From Fidelibacterota bacterium (GTDB lineage: Bacteria; Fidelibacterota; Fidelibacteria; Fidelibacterales; DSDE01), in contig JBJKQR010000001.1 in NCBI GenBank assembly GCA_046735395.1, positions 2,610-66,609 on the forward strand: a stretch of DNA of 64,000 bases, written 5' to 3'. A model generated the notes under the pieces. That model searched no databases and was not told the DNA's origin. It saw nothing but the letters and a program-made list of their open reading frames with translations. Within the stretch, counting starts at the first letter, position 1. Each line of letters opens with the position of its first letter. Both the position numbers and the translations under genes were made by a program. Below, piece by piece: positions 9,957 to 19,746 of the stretch.

Positions 9957-11365
9957 ACACATTGAAAGAAAATCTATCGCTGCTTTTAGCGGACGATGAG
10001 GAGAATTTTCTCTTTTCATTCAGGTTCAGCCTGGAAAAAGCCGGGTTTGAGACTATTCACACGGCTATGAACGAATCAGAAATATTTCACTGTCTGGAGC
10101 GCTATCCGGTGCATATTCTCTTTCTGGATCTGAATATGCCCGGACGGGACGGGCTGGATCTGCTTCCCATCATCCGTCAGAATTATCCGGATATTCAGAT
10201 TATCATCCTTACGGCGGTGGATAACACCGACACGGCTGTCCGCTGTATCAAGGAAGGTGCCTATGACTATATTGTCAAGCCCGTGAACCGGAACAGGCTT
10301 CTTCTCACGCTGGAAAAGGTGGTGGAACATCTGCAGATCAAACAGGATATGTCAAATCTTCAGGAAGCCTATTTCGCCGGTGAGCTGAAACGGGAGGAAT
10401 CCTTCGAGGAAATATTGACACGCTCCCCGAAAATGTACAGCATCTTCCGCTATGTGGAAGCCATCTGCCAGTCGCCCCAGCCTGTTCTCGTCACCGGAGA
10501 GACGGGCGTGGGCAAGGAACTGATGGCCAGGGCTATTTATAAGAGCGGCGCCCTCAATGGCCCCTTTGTCAGCGTGAATATTGCCGGGCTGGATGATACC
10601 ACCTTCAATGACAGCCTCTTCGGCCATCGGAAAGGGGCTTTCACCGGCGCGGACCGGGATCGGGAAGGATTGCTGAAAAAAGCGGAAAACGGCGCTGTCC
10701 TGCTGGATGAAATCGGTGAACTCAATGACAACAGCCAGATCAAGCTGCTCCGGCTGCTGAATGACGGCAGCTATTATCCGCTCGGATCCGACAAACTGGA
10801 ACACGCCAAAGTGCGTTTCATTCTGGCGACCAACCGGAATCTGGAGGAACTGGTGAAGAAGGGGAAATTCCGCAAGGATCTCTTTTACCGGCTCATTTCC
10901 CATCATATTCATATTCCGCCTCTGAGAGAGCGGAAGGAGGATATCGCTTATATTGTGCGCGAAGTCATGAAGGATGCCCAGAAAATTCTGCAGAAGACGG
11001 TGTATCTCACCGGCCAGGCAATGATTCAGTTCAGTTCCTACAATTATCCCGGTAATATCCGCGAGCTGAAGAATATTGTGTTTGACTGTATCGCCAATAC
11101 ACGGGACGGGGAAACCATCAATATCGAGTATCTGGAGACAAGGCTGGCCGGGACGCCCTTCTCAGAAACATCCAAACATCGCGGTGACCGGGATCTGACC
11201 GTGTCCTCCATGACGCTGGCGGACGCGGAACTGGCGCTCATTCGGACCGCGCTTTCCCGGGCCGGCGGAAATCAGAGCCGGGCTGCCGAGCAGCTGGGAA
11301 TTTCCCGCCAGGCCCTGAATAAAAAAATCAAGCGGCATCCGGAAATTCTGGAAGGGCTTTCATGA
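9953..11365 (+). CDS. Sigma-54-dependent response regulator (NtrC family)
   Basis: Receiver domain (LLADDE..., FLDLNMPGRDG). AAA+ activator core with Walker A GETGVGKE, a GAFTGA loop (KGAFTGADRD) and Walker B LLDEIGE. C-terminal Fis-type HTH (AAEQLGISRQALNKKIKR). Confidence 0.92.
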   Translation: MNTLKENLSLLLADDEENFLFSFRFSLEKAGFETIHTAMNESEIFHCLERYPVHILFLDLNMPGRDGLDLLPIIRQNYPDIQIIILTAVDNTDTAVRCIKEGAYDYIVKPVNRNRLLLTLEKVVEHLQIKQDMSNLQEAYFAGELKREESFEEILTRSPKMYSIFRYVEAICQSPQPVLVTGETGVGKELMARAIYKSGALNGPFVSVNIAGLDDTTFNDSLFGHRKGAFTGADRDREGLLKKAENGAVLLDEIGELNDNSQIKLLRLLNDGSYYPLGSDKLEHAKVRFILATNRNLEELVKKGKFRKDLFYRLISHHIHIPPLRERKEDIAYIVREVMKDAQKILQKTVYLTGQAMIQFSSYNYPGNIRELKNIVFDCIANTRDGETINIEYLETRLAGTPFSETSKHRGDRDLTVSSMTLADAELALIRTALSRAGGNQSRAAEQLGISRQALNKKIKRHPEILEGLS

Positions 11366-11554
11366 GATCGGATGCCGGGCACGCTTTGACGACCCCGACG
11401 GCGAAGCTCCGCGCACAGCGGATTTTTCTGTTTGATTGCTATGAAAGTGATTGTAATTTTGTCCGGAAATGATTCAGTAATGGTTTTTCCGTTTCGATGA
11501 GGGGAATTTATCCGGATATGAGATATTACTGTCAGAACCCGAAAACACCTCAGG

Positions 11555-12304
11555 ATGAGAATGAAAAAAATTGCAGTTTTCATGTTTATGACGGGATTGC
11601 TTTGTACAGCAACCGCCCAGAATATTACCTTTGAACCCGGCGCCGCGCAGGAGCTGACCCTGTCACAGGCCTTGGATACCACAGTCGTATTTCATGCCAC
11701 GGTGAAGAACACATCGAATCAGACCCTGAATATAAAGGGAATTCGCAGTGTTTGGGAAAAACCCCGCAGCTGGGTCACAAACATGTGTTTCGGACAATGT
11801 TATGCCGCAAGTGTGGATGAGACTGAACTGATCGAATTCTGGCCTGATGATGAGCTCGACTTCGAACTGGACGTGGAACTGTCCTCTCAGGAGACGGGAC
11901 GCGCCCGGGTGGATATTGCCATGCTGTCATCGCTGGGAGATTCCCTGGTTCTGAGCTTTTCCCTGTCCGCGGGATCCAGCTCCATAAATATGAATTCCGG
12001 GGTTCCGAAAAGCTGCCGTCTCAAGGGGAATTATCCCAATCCCTTCAATCCTCAGACAGACATCGTATTTACTGTTGACCGTCCGGCTGAAATCTGTCTG
12101 AAAATCTATTCCATTGACGGAAAGCTGCTGAATGAACTGTTCCGTCCGGAAGTCATGATGCCCGGCGAATATCACATGATGTGGAACGGACGGGATGGGA
12201 AGGGATCACCGGCTCCGTCCGGAACCTATATTTACAGGCTGGTATCCACTGACCGCGAAGAGAACCTGTCGTCTGAAACCCGTAAAATGATTTTGCTCAA
12301 ATGA
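11555..12304 (+). CDS. Secreted hypothetical protein with T9SS C-terminal sorting domain
   Basis: Signal peptide MKKIAVFMFMTGLLCTATAQ and an internal CFGQC cysteine pair. C-terminus NYPNPFNPQTDIVF...GTYIYRLV...TRKMILLK. The stop overlaps the next start (ATGA at 12301..12304). Confidence 0.8.
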   Translation: MRMKKIAVFMFMTGLLCTATAQNITFEPGAAQELTLSQALDTTVVFHATVKNTSNQTLNIKGIRSVWEKPRSWVTNMCFGQCYAASVDETELIEFWPDDELDFELDVELSSQETGRARVDIAMLSSLGDSLVLSFSLSAGSSSINMNSGVPKSCRLKGNYPNPFNPQTDIVFTVDRPAEICLKIYSIDGKLLNELFRPEVMMPGEYHMMWNGRDGKGSPAPSGTYIYRLVSTDREENLSSETRKMILLK

Positions 12305-13536
12305 GACCGGGATCTGCTTATTTCATAACTCGGGTGCTGCTTCTCATATCCGTTCTGTTGATCTTATTTTCATGTACGACTCAGGATGGCATCACCGTAT
12401 CGACCGGTGACCGGGGCAGCCTGTATGTTTCGGCAGGCACAGGCGCTGAAGAGTGCAGGATATATATTAATAATCTGTCCACGGACTATTTCGCTCCCAC
12501 GACCGTTGAACTTTATCCCGGCCTCTACACGATCAAGGTGCGGCAGGCGGGCTTTGTATCAACTCCTGATTCGGTCAATATCAGTATCGAAGAAAAACAA
12601 CTGTCTGAAATTCATTTCGATTTGACGGCCGTTTCCTCCGGGAATCTTTCTGTAACGACCCGAAACGGCGCTGTTTCGCTGCGCCTGGATGGCCTGCTCA
12701 TGCCTGATGGGCAGCGTGACTTTCCCGGACTTGCCCGGGGACATCATATTCTCATCAGTCGTAAAGCCGGTTATTATTCCGCCATCGATACGGTTCTCGT
12801 TGAAGCGAATAAAACCACCGCTCTGTCAGTGGATCTGACCCGGAAAAGCCAGGTCTTTCTGCTGGAACATTTCTCAAATGTGAGCTGTACGCCCTGCGCG
12901 GAAATGGATGCTGTTCTCGAAGAATTTCTGGCTGCCCATGACAGCGTTGAGATCGTCCCTCTGGCATGGCATACGAATTTTCCTTCCGAATCCGATCCCA
13001 TGTATCTCAGCGCTATCGATGCCTGCAGCGGCCGCACGGAGTATTATGGCGTGGACGCAACGCCCGCTTTCTTCATGAATGGCAGCGAAGTGACCGCCTA
13101 CACCAGCCGGTCACTGACCCGTGCCCTCGACAGTTATATCTCCGTTAACCAACCCGATTCCAGTTTCGAATTGCTGACTATTACGCTGAATCCTTTCCCG
13201 GATATATCAGGGCGAATTACGCTCCGCAGCCGGGAAAATATCGGCGCCGGCCTGATCCTCAGGCTGGCTGTCACCGAAACGGAGATTGCCTATGATACAC
13301 CTCCCGGCACAAATGGTCAGACCCACTTCAGTCACGTTGTCCGGGATCTGCAGGAATTCGATGAAAACGGAACATTGCAGATGGGTGCCGGTGAGGAAAA
13401 GTCCTGGCCCTTCAGTTTCGAATATCGCAACGAGTGGGAGGGGCGTCTGCAGCTGATCGCCTTTGTTCAGGATGAGTCTGACAGAAGCGTAAAAATCTGC
13501 GCTGTGTCCGAAGCGATAATTATGACGGGAGAATAG
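12301..13536 (+). CDS. Lipoprotein with PEGA-like repeats and a thioredoxin-fold CxxC domain (Omp28-related type)
   Basis: Lipobox LILFSC. Two PEGA-like beta-sandwich repeats (..CRIYINN..YTIKVRQAGF.. and ..HHILISRKAGY..). The C-terminal half starts VFLLEHFSNVSCTPCAEMD and shares W..DP.Y...C..R..YYGV.A.P with the ORF at 15474. Confidence 0.7.
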   Translation: MRPGSAYFITRVLLLISVLLILFSCTTQDGITVSTGDRGSLYVSAGTGAEECRIYINNLSTDYFAPTTVELYPGLYTIKVRQAGFVSTPDSVNISIEEKQLSEIHFDLTAVSSGNLSVTTRNGAVSLRLDGLLMPDGQRDFPGLARGHHILISRKAGYYSAIDTVLVEANKTTALSVDLTRKSQVFLLEHFSNVSCTPCAEMDAVLEEFLAAHDSVEIVPLAWHTNFPSESDPMYLSAIDACSGRTEYYGVDATPAFFMNGSEVTAYTSRSLTRALDSYISVNQPDSSFELLTITLNPFPDISGRITLRSRENIGAGLILRLAVTETEIAYDTPPGTNGQTHFSHVVRDLQEFDENGTLQMGAGEEKSWPFSFEYRNEWEGRLQLIAFVQDESDRSVKICAVSEAIIMTGE

Positions 13537-13538
13537 GA

Positions 13539-14048
13539 ATGCGATACGTACTTCTTGTGTTGCTGAGCGCCCTTGTGCTGTCTGCAGGCGACGGGTCTGC
13601 GAGAAAAGCCGCTGATTTCAGCCTGAAGAATATGAATAACAGGACCGAACGGCTCAGCGAGGCCGTCGCTGAACAGCCGCTTACGCTGGTAAATTTCTGG
13701 GCTACCTGGTGTGTGCCCTGTGCGGCAGAGATGAAGGAATTCAATACACTCTACCAGACGTACCATGAGAAGGGGCTCCGGATAATCTCCGTTTCCGTGG
13801 ATGACCCGAAAACCGCCGGACGGGTCCGGTCCTGGGCCCACTCACATAAGGTGCAGCATGATGTCTGGATGGATACGAATAACGATGTGATGAGACGCTA
13901 CAGTATCAATGCGCTTCCCTTCACAATGATCATTGACAGGGATATGAACATTATTTACGAGCATAATGGCTACCGCAAGGGGGACATGCAGTTTGTTGAG
14001 GAGGAAATCCGTCAGCAGCTGGGGTTAATTGAGAAAGGCGGAGAATGA
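13539..14048 (+). CDS. TlpA/ResA-family periplasmic thiol:disulfide oxidoreductase
   Basis: Signal peptide and the redoxin active site NFWATWCVPCAAEMKEF. It starts 2 nt after the previous stop, and its own stop overlaps the next start (ATGA at 14045..14048). Confidence 0.88.
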   Translation: MRYVLLVLLSALVLSAGDGSARKAADFSLKNMNNRTERLSEAVAEQPLTLVNFWATWCVPCAAEMKEFNTLYQTYHEKGLRIISVSVDDPKTAGRVRSWAHSHKVQHDVWMDTNNDVMRRYSINALPFTMIIDRDMNIIYEHNGYRKGDMQFVEEEIRQQLGLIEKGGE

Positions 14049-15445
14049 AGTTTCTGAAAGGTCTGCTGCTCTGGGCCTGCAGTCTGTCTGCCCTTGCCGC
14101 AGGGTCACCCGGCATTCAGCCTGATCTTTCTGTATATGGTGTTTATTCCAATGACAGACAGGGCGGGGACAGCTATTTCGAGAACTGGACCCGGCTGGAT
14201 CTGAGCCACGAACGAGTCCGGGCCGGTCTGCAGTTTGAGGCTCATACGCCGCCGCTTCCCTATTCACAGGATACGAGCGGCATGGGGCTGTATCAGCGCT
14301 ATATCCGCTACGGCGGCGAAAGGTTTCAGCTTACCCTCGGTAATTTTTACAGCATGCTGGGCATGGGGCTGGTCTTTCGAAGTTTCGAAAACCGTTCCAT
14401 TCGCTGGGATACCAATGTGGACGGTTTTCTGGCTAGTACTCAGACCGGAATACTGGAAACAAAGGTGTTCGCAGGAAAACCCCGGGACCGGAGCGGTGTC
14501 AGGCTTGATCCCCTGGCCGGCGTGGAAGCGGATCTGTCGCCTATGACTGCGCTTCGTCTGGGAACAACCTGGCTGGGCAGCTCTGACGAAGAGAACAAGC
14601 TGCTGCAGCGTGCATCTTTCCTGACAAGCTACAGCGGTTTTCTCGGCAGCCTCTATGGAGAATTTGCCTTTCGGGATGACGGACGCGGACACTGGAATGA
14701 CGGGCATGCCTTTTATTCGGCAGCCGACTTCTTCATATCATCGCTGTCATTCCGGCTTGAGATCAAGGATTATGATCATTTTCACCTGGCCGGCAACAGC
14801 CTCTACGATTACAATAATCCACCTACGGTCGTGAGAGAACATCTTTTCAGTCTGCTGAACCGTCATCAGCTTGTTATTAATGCGGATGATGAGACCGGGT
14901 TTCTCCTGGAATCGGTTATTCCCGTGTCCGATCTCATTCTTCTGACTCTGAATACAAACCGCAGCCGGAATTCTGCCGGAGATCTGCTCTATACTGAGAA
15001 TTACGCCCAGATGGATGTTTCCTTCCCATCCGACATATCACTGACAGCGGCCGGCGGGCTGGAGGGTGATCGGGAAGCGACCTATCTGAATGCCGTCTTC
15101 AGCGCTTCGGCAGCTGTCGATGAACGCCGTGCAGTGAAATTTCTCTATGAACACCAGCATGTGGCTATCCGGCTCACCGATCGGCAGTTTTACAGCCAGA
15201 TTCTGCATCTGGAATTTTCCCAGGCTCCGCTCTACACTGTTTCAATACTGGCTGAGCGCAGTACGGACCAATATTCTGAGCGGAGTATCTGGCTCGGTGT
15301 GGAGGGAGATATGAATTTTGCCGATGGCTATGATCTGTCCGTCTTTGCCGGAAACCGCCGGGAAGGAAAGGTCTGCGCCGGTGGTGTCTGTGTTTACAAA
15401 CCTGAATTTCAGGGCATTGAACTCATTTTTCAGATAAGATTGTAA
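14045..15445 (+). CDS. Predicted outer-membrane beta-barrel protein (possibly DUF6029 family)
   Basis: Signal peptide (LLLWACSLSALAAG). The 466-aa protein has no TM helices and shows alternating aromatic/polar strand-like patterns. The C-terminus is KVCAGGVCVYKPEFQGIELIFQIRL. The family name is recollection only. Confidence 0.6.
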   Translation: MKFLKGLLLWACSLSALAAGSPGIQPDLSVYGVYSNDRQGGDSYFENWTRLDLSHERVRAGLQFEAHTPPLPYSQDTSGMGLYQRYIRYGGERFQLTLGNFYSMLGMGLVFRSFENRSIRWDTNVDGFLASTQTGILETKVFAGKPRDRSGVRLDPLAGVEADLSPMTALRLGTTWLGSSDEENKLLQRASFLTSYSGFLGSLYGEFAFRDDGRGHWNDGHAFYSAADFFISSLSFRLEIKDYDHFHLAGNSLYDYNNPPTVVREHLFSLLNRHQLVINADDETGFLLESVIPVSDLILLTLNTNRSRNSAGDLLYTENYAQMDVSFPSDISLTAAGGLEGDREATYLNAVFSASAAVDERRAVKFLYEHQHVAIRLTDRQFYSQILHLEFSQAPLYTVSILAERSTDQYSERSIWLGVEGDMNFADGYDLSVFAGNRREGKVCAGGVCVYKPEFQGIELIFQIRL

Positions 15446-15473
15446 TAGTGCAAACATAACGCAGGAGGGATTT

Positions 15474-17408
15474 ATGAAGAAAATTCTGTATTTGGTTCAA
15501 TTTGGTTTGCTGGCAACTCTGCTTATTGCCGGAAATCCCTGCATGCCGGGGGGCATTCCCGGATTTGAAACCGTAAGTTCGGCAGATACTATGACCTATC
15601 TGCTGAATGAAGATTTTGACGCAGCCGGACAGGCCGGGACACTTCCCGAAGGCTGGAGCTTTTCAAACACCAACAGCGCCTTCGTGGATCATATCTGGAG
15701 TGTATCTTATATCGAATCAGAAGGAAACGGGTATGTTTCCTACTATCCGTACTGGAATAATGCCTGGCAGAGCGGCAGCGACATAGGCCGTCTGATTACA
15801 CCGTACATGGACCTTAGCGACGTGAATTACGCCGTTTTTTCCTATGACCAGCATCTGTATTACAACAGCGGCTTCGGCGTGAATTCGGGGCTCGAGTACC
15901 GTCTGCCCGGAGGCAACTGGACCGTTGCATTCAAAAAGAGTCTCAAGGAAACGAAGAATACACAGACCGTCGTGATTCCCGACGCCTGTCTCGGTCAGGA
16001 TTCTGTGCAGTTTGCATTGTTTTTTGATGGAAATGTCTCAGAAATTACCTGGTGGCGACTGGATAATGTTCAGATGTACAAACCACCGGTGACCGGACTT
16101 CAGGTTGTCAGCAACACTATGAATTTTACCATGCCGAAGGACAGCAGCTGTGTACCCCAGGCCCGGATCTACGCAACCGGGTCCGGAAATGCGGATTTTA
16201 AGATGTACTGTGATGCCTATCATAATGAAGATCAGATTTATGAGGACTCGGTGCTGATAGATATCATCAGCTATAAAGCATATAAATTAGTGAATTTCAA
16301 ACCCTTTACGGCGCCCGGTGACAATGAGGCCTATCGCTTCGTATTTACCAGTGAATACACGCGGGCAGCGGGATATGAGGATGCAGACGCCGACAGCTCC
16401 GTAGGCTGGATAGATTCGAATTGCTCACCCCGGGCAGCTGTGGTCTGGGAGGAATTCACCAATACAGGCTGCGGGCCCTGTGCTGCTGCGAATCCCGGAC
16501 TGAAAACCGCTTTCAAGGCGCTCGGTACGGCCAAGGTCCTGCCCATTTTTGTGCATGTGTACTGGCCAGCCGGTAATGATCCCTTTTATGTTCCGAATTC
16601 TGCCCAGTGCAATACACGCATCAACTATTACGGTGTGAATGCCGTTCCTCATGCAGTGGCCGATGGTACGGTACACCCGTCCCTGTCCTCCCCGGAGAGA
16701 AATGCCACGAATGCTGTCAATGCCAATCTGGAAATCGGTGTTCCTGTGCTGATGAGCGCAGATGCCAGCCTGACAGGCAGTGGCTTCAGCGCGACGGTGA
16801 CCTTTGAAACTCCCGGTGAATTCCGCGGACCGGTGGATCTGAAGCTGCATACGGCGGTCATCGAAAACGGCGTGAAATATAATGCACCCAATGGCGAGGA
16901 CTGGTTCGACTGGGCGCTGAGAAAATATTATCCTGATGCGGACGGGGCATCTGTCTCGCTCACCCACGGTGAAACCCAGACCGTCACTGTCTCCGGTGAC
17001 TTCGATGCCTCCTGGAATTCGGATAATCTGGGCGTGATCATCTATCTGCAGAATGATCTGGATAAGAGCATCCTGCAGGCCACATACTTTGGTGCCGTGG
17101 AAGTGGTCAGCGTGGAAAATATGACGGCCTCCCGCTTTAATCTGGAACAGAATTATCCCAATCCCTTCAATCCCAGCACGCGTATCAGCTATGATATCGC
17201 CGATGAGGGCAGGGTTACCCTGTCGGTTTTTAACTGTCTGGGACAGAAAGTTGCCGTGCTGCAGAATGCTGCTCAGACTGCCGGGCATTACGATATTCTC
17301 TGGAAGGGAGAGGACGGAAACGGCCGCCTGCTGCCATCGGGAGTCTATTACTACCGGCTCGAAAGCGGTAAACAGTCTCTGACCCGGAAGATGCTCTTTC
17401 TGAAATAA
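15474..17408 (+). CDS. T9SS cargo protein: choice-of-anchor-J-like N-terminal module, thioredoxin-fold CxxC domain, C-terminal sorting domain
   Basis: Signal peptide. LNEDFD..LPEGWSF module near the N-terminus, central VVWEEFTNTGCGPCAAANP, and C-terminus LEQNYPNPFNPSTRISY...GVYYYRL...TRKMLFLK. Confidence 0.8.
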   Translation: MKKILYLVQFGLLATLLIAGNPCMPGGIPGFETVSSADTMTYLLNEDFDAAGQAGTLPEGWSFSNTNSAFVDHIWSVSYIESEGNGYVSYYPYWNNAWQSGSDIGRLITPYMDLSDVNYAVFSYDQHLYYNSGFGVNSGLEYRLPGGNWTVAFKKSLKETKNTQTVVIPDACLGQDSVQFALFFDGNVSEITWWRLDNVQMYKPPVTGLQVVSNTMNFTMPKDSSCVPQARIYATGSGNADFKMYCDAYHNEDQIYEDSVLIDIISYKAYKLVNFKPFTAPGDNEAYRFVFTSEYTRAAGYEDADADSSVGWIDSNCSPRAAVVWEEFTNTGCGPCAAANPGLKTAFKALGTAKVLPIFVHVYWPAGNDPFYVPNSAQCNTRINYYGVNAVPHAVADGTVHPSLSSPERNATNAVNANLEIGVPVLMSADASLTGSGFSATVTFETPGEFRGPVDLKLHTAVIENGVKYNAPNGEDWFDWALRKYYPDADGASVSLTHGETQTVTVSGDFDASWNSDNLGVIIYLQNDLDKSILQATYFGAVEVVSVENMTASRFNLEQNYPNPFNPSTRISYDIADEGRVTLSVFNCLGQKVAVLQNAAQTAGHYDILWKGEDGNGRLLPSGVYYYRLESGKQSLTRKMLFLK

Positions 17409-17545
17409 GGAGTTGGCTGGGAACGTCGTTTGTCCTGAAATACGACCTCTCTGCCGGCAAACTCGTTACCCCGTCAACTTGTGAACTCTCTCCGGCTTCT
17501 AATATAGACAGAGCGGATATGAAATCTGACTGGGATAACATTTAA

Positions 17546-18151
17546 GTGGAAATGATGAACTGGTTTATCGAACATACGGGGATAGCCGGGCTTATGACTG
17601 TCCTGCTGATGTGGCTGGATTGGATCCTGACCTTGGCGCAGGAAAAAGAGAGAAAAATCCATTATCAAGAGCATTATCGCAGCTATCCGGTCAATACGAT
17701 TGAAGGAAATCACATTGTCCGACAAGATGTTGAAAAACTCCGGCTTCTGAACCCCAGGCATATCCTGATTTCGATTGCTGTGGGGCTCTTTGTCTGGATC
17801 TTTCTGCAGAAAATTCCTCCGGACGCGGCGTTAGTGTTCACCGGTTACCTCTGGGGACTGTTTCTCATCGTCAATACTCAGCATCTGAGTAATCTGACCG
17901 GGTATCGTTTCAGCCGGAAGGGACTTCATGGAAAGATATGGATGCATCAGCGGACGGGATACCTGGTTCAGTCTGGCCGATATTTTGCGACCTTCATCTT
18001 TTTATTCCTATTGTCCCTGCTGATAGAAAACCTGTTTTTATGGGGCGTCACGCTGGCCGCCCTGGTCTCATCACTGCGGATGTTCATCTGGATCCGGAAA
18101 GTTCCCCGGATAGCTGAGGGTGATCCGCCTCCCGAAAATCAGAGTGGCTGA
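17546..18151 (+). CDS. Hypothetical integral membrane protein
   Basis: The 201-aa ORF has four to five hydrophobic helices. I recognise no motif. Confidence 0.55.
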   Translation: MEMMNWFIEHTGIAGLMTVLLMWLDWILTLAQEKERKIHYQEHYRSYPVNTIEGNHIVRQDVEKLRLLNPRHILISIAVGLFVWIFLQKIPPDAALVFTGYLWGLFLIVNTQHLSNLTGYRFSRKGLHGKIWMHQRTGYLVQSGRYFATFIFLFLLSLLIENLFLWGVTLAALVSSLRMFIWIRKVPRIAEGDPPPENQSG

Positions 18152-18195
18152 AGCGACTGCAAAGTTATTTATAAGGAAATAATAAAAGGTGATGT

Positions 18196-19149
18196 ATGAA
18201 AAAGCTACGAATCCTCCTTTTTCTGTTTTGCATCCATTCATCTTTATTCGGACAGAGCCTGGCACAGGTTATTCCTGCCTTTGACCTGTCCTCCTCGTTT
18301 TCCAGCATCCGGGATTTCAGCCTGGCCTCATCGTGTCATGAAGCGTACATCACAGTTCAGAGCCCGCTGGGTGAACTATCTGTTCTGGTCCGTCTGCGAA
18401 AGGAGGGCGGCACCTGGCAACCTGCCGGTATTCTGCCTTTTTCCGGCCGCTATCATGATCTGGAGCCCTTCCTGTCGCCGGACAATCTGAAACTCTATTT
18501 TGCATCCGACCGGCCCAAACCCGATTCCACCCAACACTCCGCCGATTACGATATCTGGGTGGTTGAACGGGATAATCCGGATGCGGAGTGGGGTGAACCC
18601 AGAAATCCGGGCGCTCCGCTCAATTCGGAGTATAATGAATTTTATCCATCCGTCTCCCGGCAGCACAACATTTATTTCACGTCAGATCGACCCTCGTCAA
18701 AAGGGAAAGACGATATCTTCTGCAGCCTTCTGACAGAACAGGGCTATGCGGAACCGTATTCTCTGAGTGAATCTGTCAATACGGAAGGATATGAATTCAA
18801 TGCCTTTGTAGCCGGGGATGAATCATTTCTTATCTTCAGCGGTTATAAGCGGCCAGACGGCCTGGGCAGCGGAGATCTGTACATCAGCATACGGGATGAA
18901 AATAAAAAGTGGAGGTCCGCGAAGAACCTGGGCACAGACATTAATTCAGAATCTATGGATTATTGTCCCTTTGTTGACGTCCGCAACGGGGTTTTATATT
19001 TTACCAGCAAGAGAAATATCTACCAGGACGTGAACAATTTTCAATCCATTGATGACCTGGTCCGGGAACTTCATAAAAACGGCAACAGTATTTCGACAAT
19101 ATATAAGATACCCTTCGAACTGAAACACGTCAATGAAAAGGAAAACTGA
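18196..19149 (+). CDS. Periplasmic PD40/TolB-like beta-propeller repeat protein
   Basis: Signal peptide and repeated PD40-type signatures: LEPFLSPDNLKLYFASDRP, FYPSVSRQHNIYFTSDRP, FNAFVAGDESFLIFSGYKR, YCPFVDVRNGVLYFTSKRN. Confidence 0.75.
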   Translation: MKKLRILLFLFCIHSSLFGQSLAQVIPAFDLSSSFSSIRDFSLASSCHEAYITVQSPLGELSVLVRLRKEGGTWQPAGILPFSGRYHDLEPFLSPDNLKLYFASDRPKPDSTQHSADYDIWVVERDNPDAEWGEPRNPGAPLNSEYNEFYPSVSRQHNIYFTSDRPSSKGKDDIFCSLLTEQGYAEPYSLSESVNTEGYEFNAFVAGDESFLIFSGYKRPDGLGSGDLYISIRDENKKWRSAKNLGTDINSESMDYCPFVDVRNGVLYFTSKRNIYQDVNNFQSIDDLVRELHKNGNSISTIYKIPFELKHVNEKEN

Positions 19150-19715
19150 TGGATCTGAATTTCATTGTGAAACTCTCCCTGCTCTTTTTCCTGTCAGAAT
19201 TCATTCTGATGCTGGTGAAAAGATCAGGGAAATCAGGAACAAAAATAAAGGGAGACCGGCTGTCCCTGCTGCTATTCTGGCTGGCCATACCGCTGGGAAT
19301 CACCGCCGGTTTTCTCACGGCAGGCCGTGGTGAATGGACCGGCATGAACAGAGCTGTTGCCGGTATGGGCCTTCTCCTGTTCGGGTTCGGACTTCTGATT
19401 CGCTGGCTTGCCATCTTTCAGCTGAAAAAGGAATTCACGGTGAATGTGGCCATTTCAGACACTCACACCCTGAATCAACAGGGACTGTACGGATATATGC
19501 GGCATCCCAGCTATTCGGGTCTGCTCCTGATCTGTGCAGGCCTGTCCGTGGCCATGAACAGCCTGCTGTCCGTCGTCATCGTCATGGGGCCCGTCTTTAT
19601 CGCCACTTTCTACCGTATCCGCGTGGAAGAGAGGATGCTGATGGCTGAATTCGGAGAGCAGTATGAAAACTACAGAAAGACAACATCCGGGCTCATACCG
19701 AAGATTCATCGGTGA
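19149..19715 (+). CDS. Isoprenylcysteine carboxyl methyltransferase / phospholipid methyltransferase family membrane protein
   Basis: Multi-TM protein. GLYGYMRHPSYSGLLL and RVEERMLMAEFGEQYENYRKTT match the ICMT/PEMT C-terminal signature. The start overlaps the previous stop (TGATG). Confidence 0.8.
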   Translation: MDLNFIVKLSLLFFLSEFILMLVKRSGKSGTKIKGDRLSLLLFWLAIPLGITAGFLTAGRGEWTGMNRAVAGMGLLLFGFGLLIRWLAIFQLKKEFTVNVAISDTHTLNQQGLYGYMRHPSYSGLLLICAGLSVAMNSLLSVVIVMGPVFIATFYRIRVEERMLMAEFGEQYENYRKTTSGLIPKIHR

Positions 19716-19746
19716 AATTGAAAACAGGAAACGGAAAGCAGGGTTC

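Noticed and set aside
11366-11554. A sigma-54 (-24/-12) promoter between the NtrC-type activator gene and the five-gene operon. The candidates are GGGCACGCTTTGACG near 11382 and TGGTTTTTCCGTTTCG at 11481.
   Set aside because: Neither places GC exactly 10 nt after the GG as TGGCACG-N4-TTGC requires. The -12 positions read CG and TC respectively. No acceptable match was found by eye, and a PWM scan would be needed to be sure.
19663-19746. An upstream extension of the DUF6090-like ORF that overlaps the methyltransferase gene by 53 nt.
   Set aside because: The extension encodes no hydrophobic or conserved sequence. The ATG at 19747 reproduces the length and N-terminus of the paralogue at 1145.
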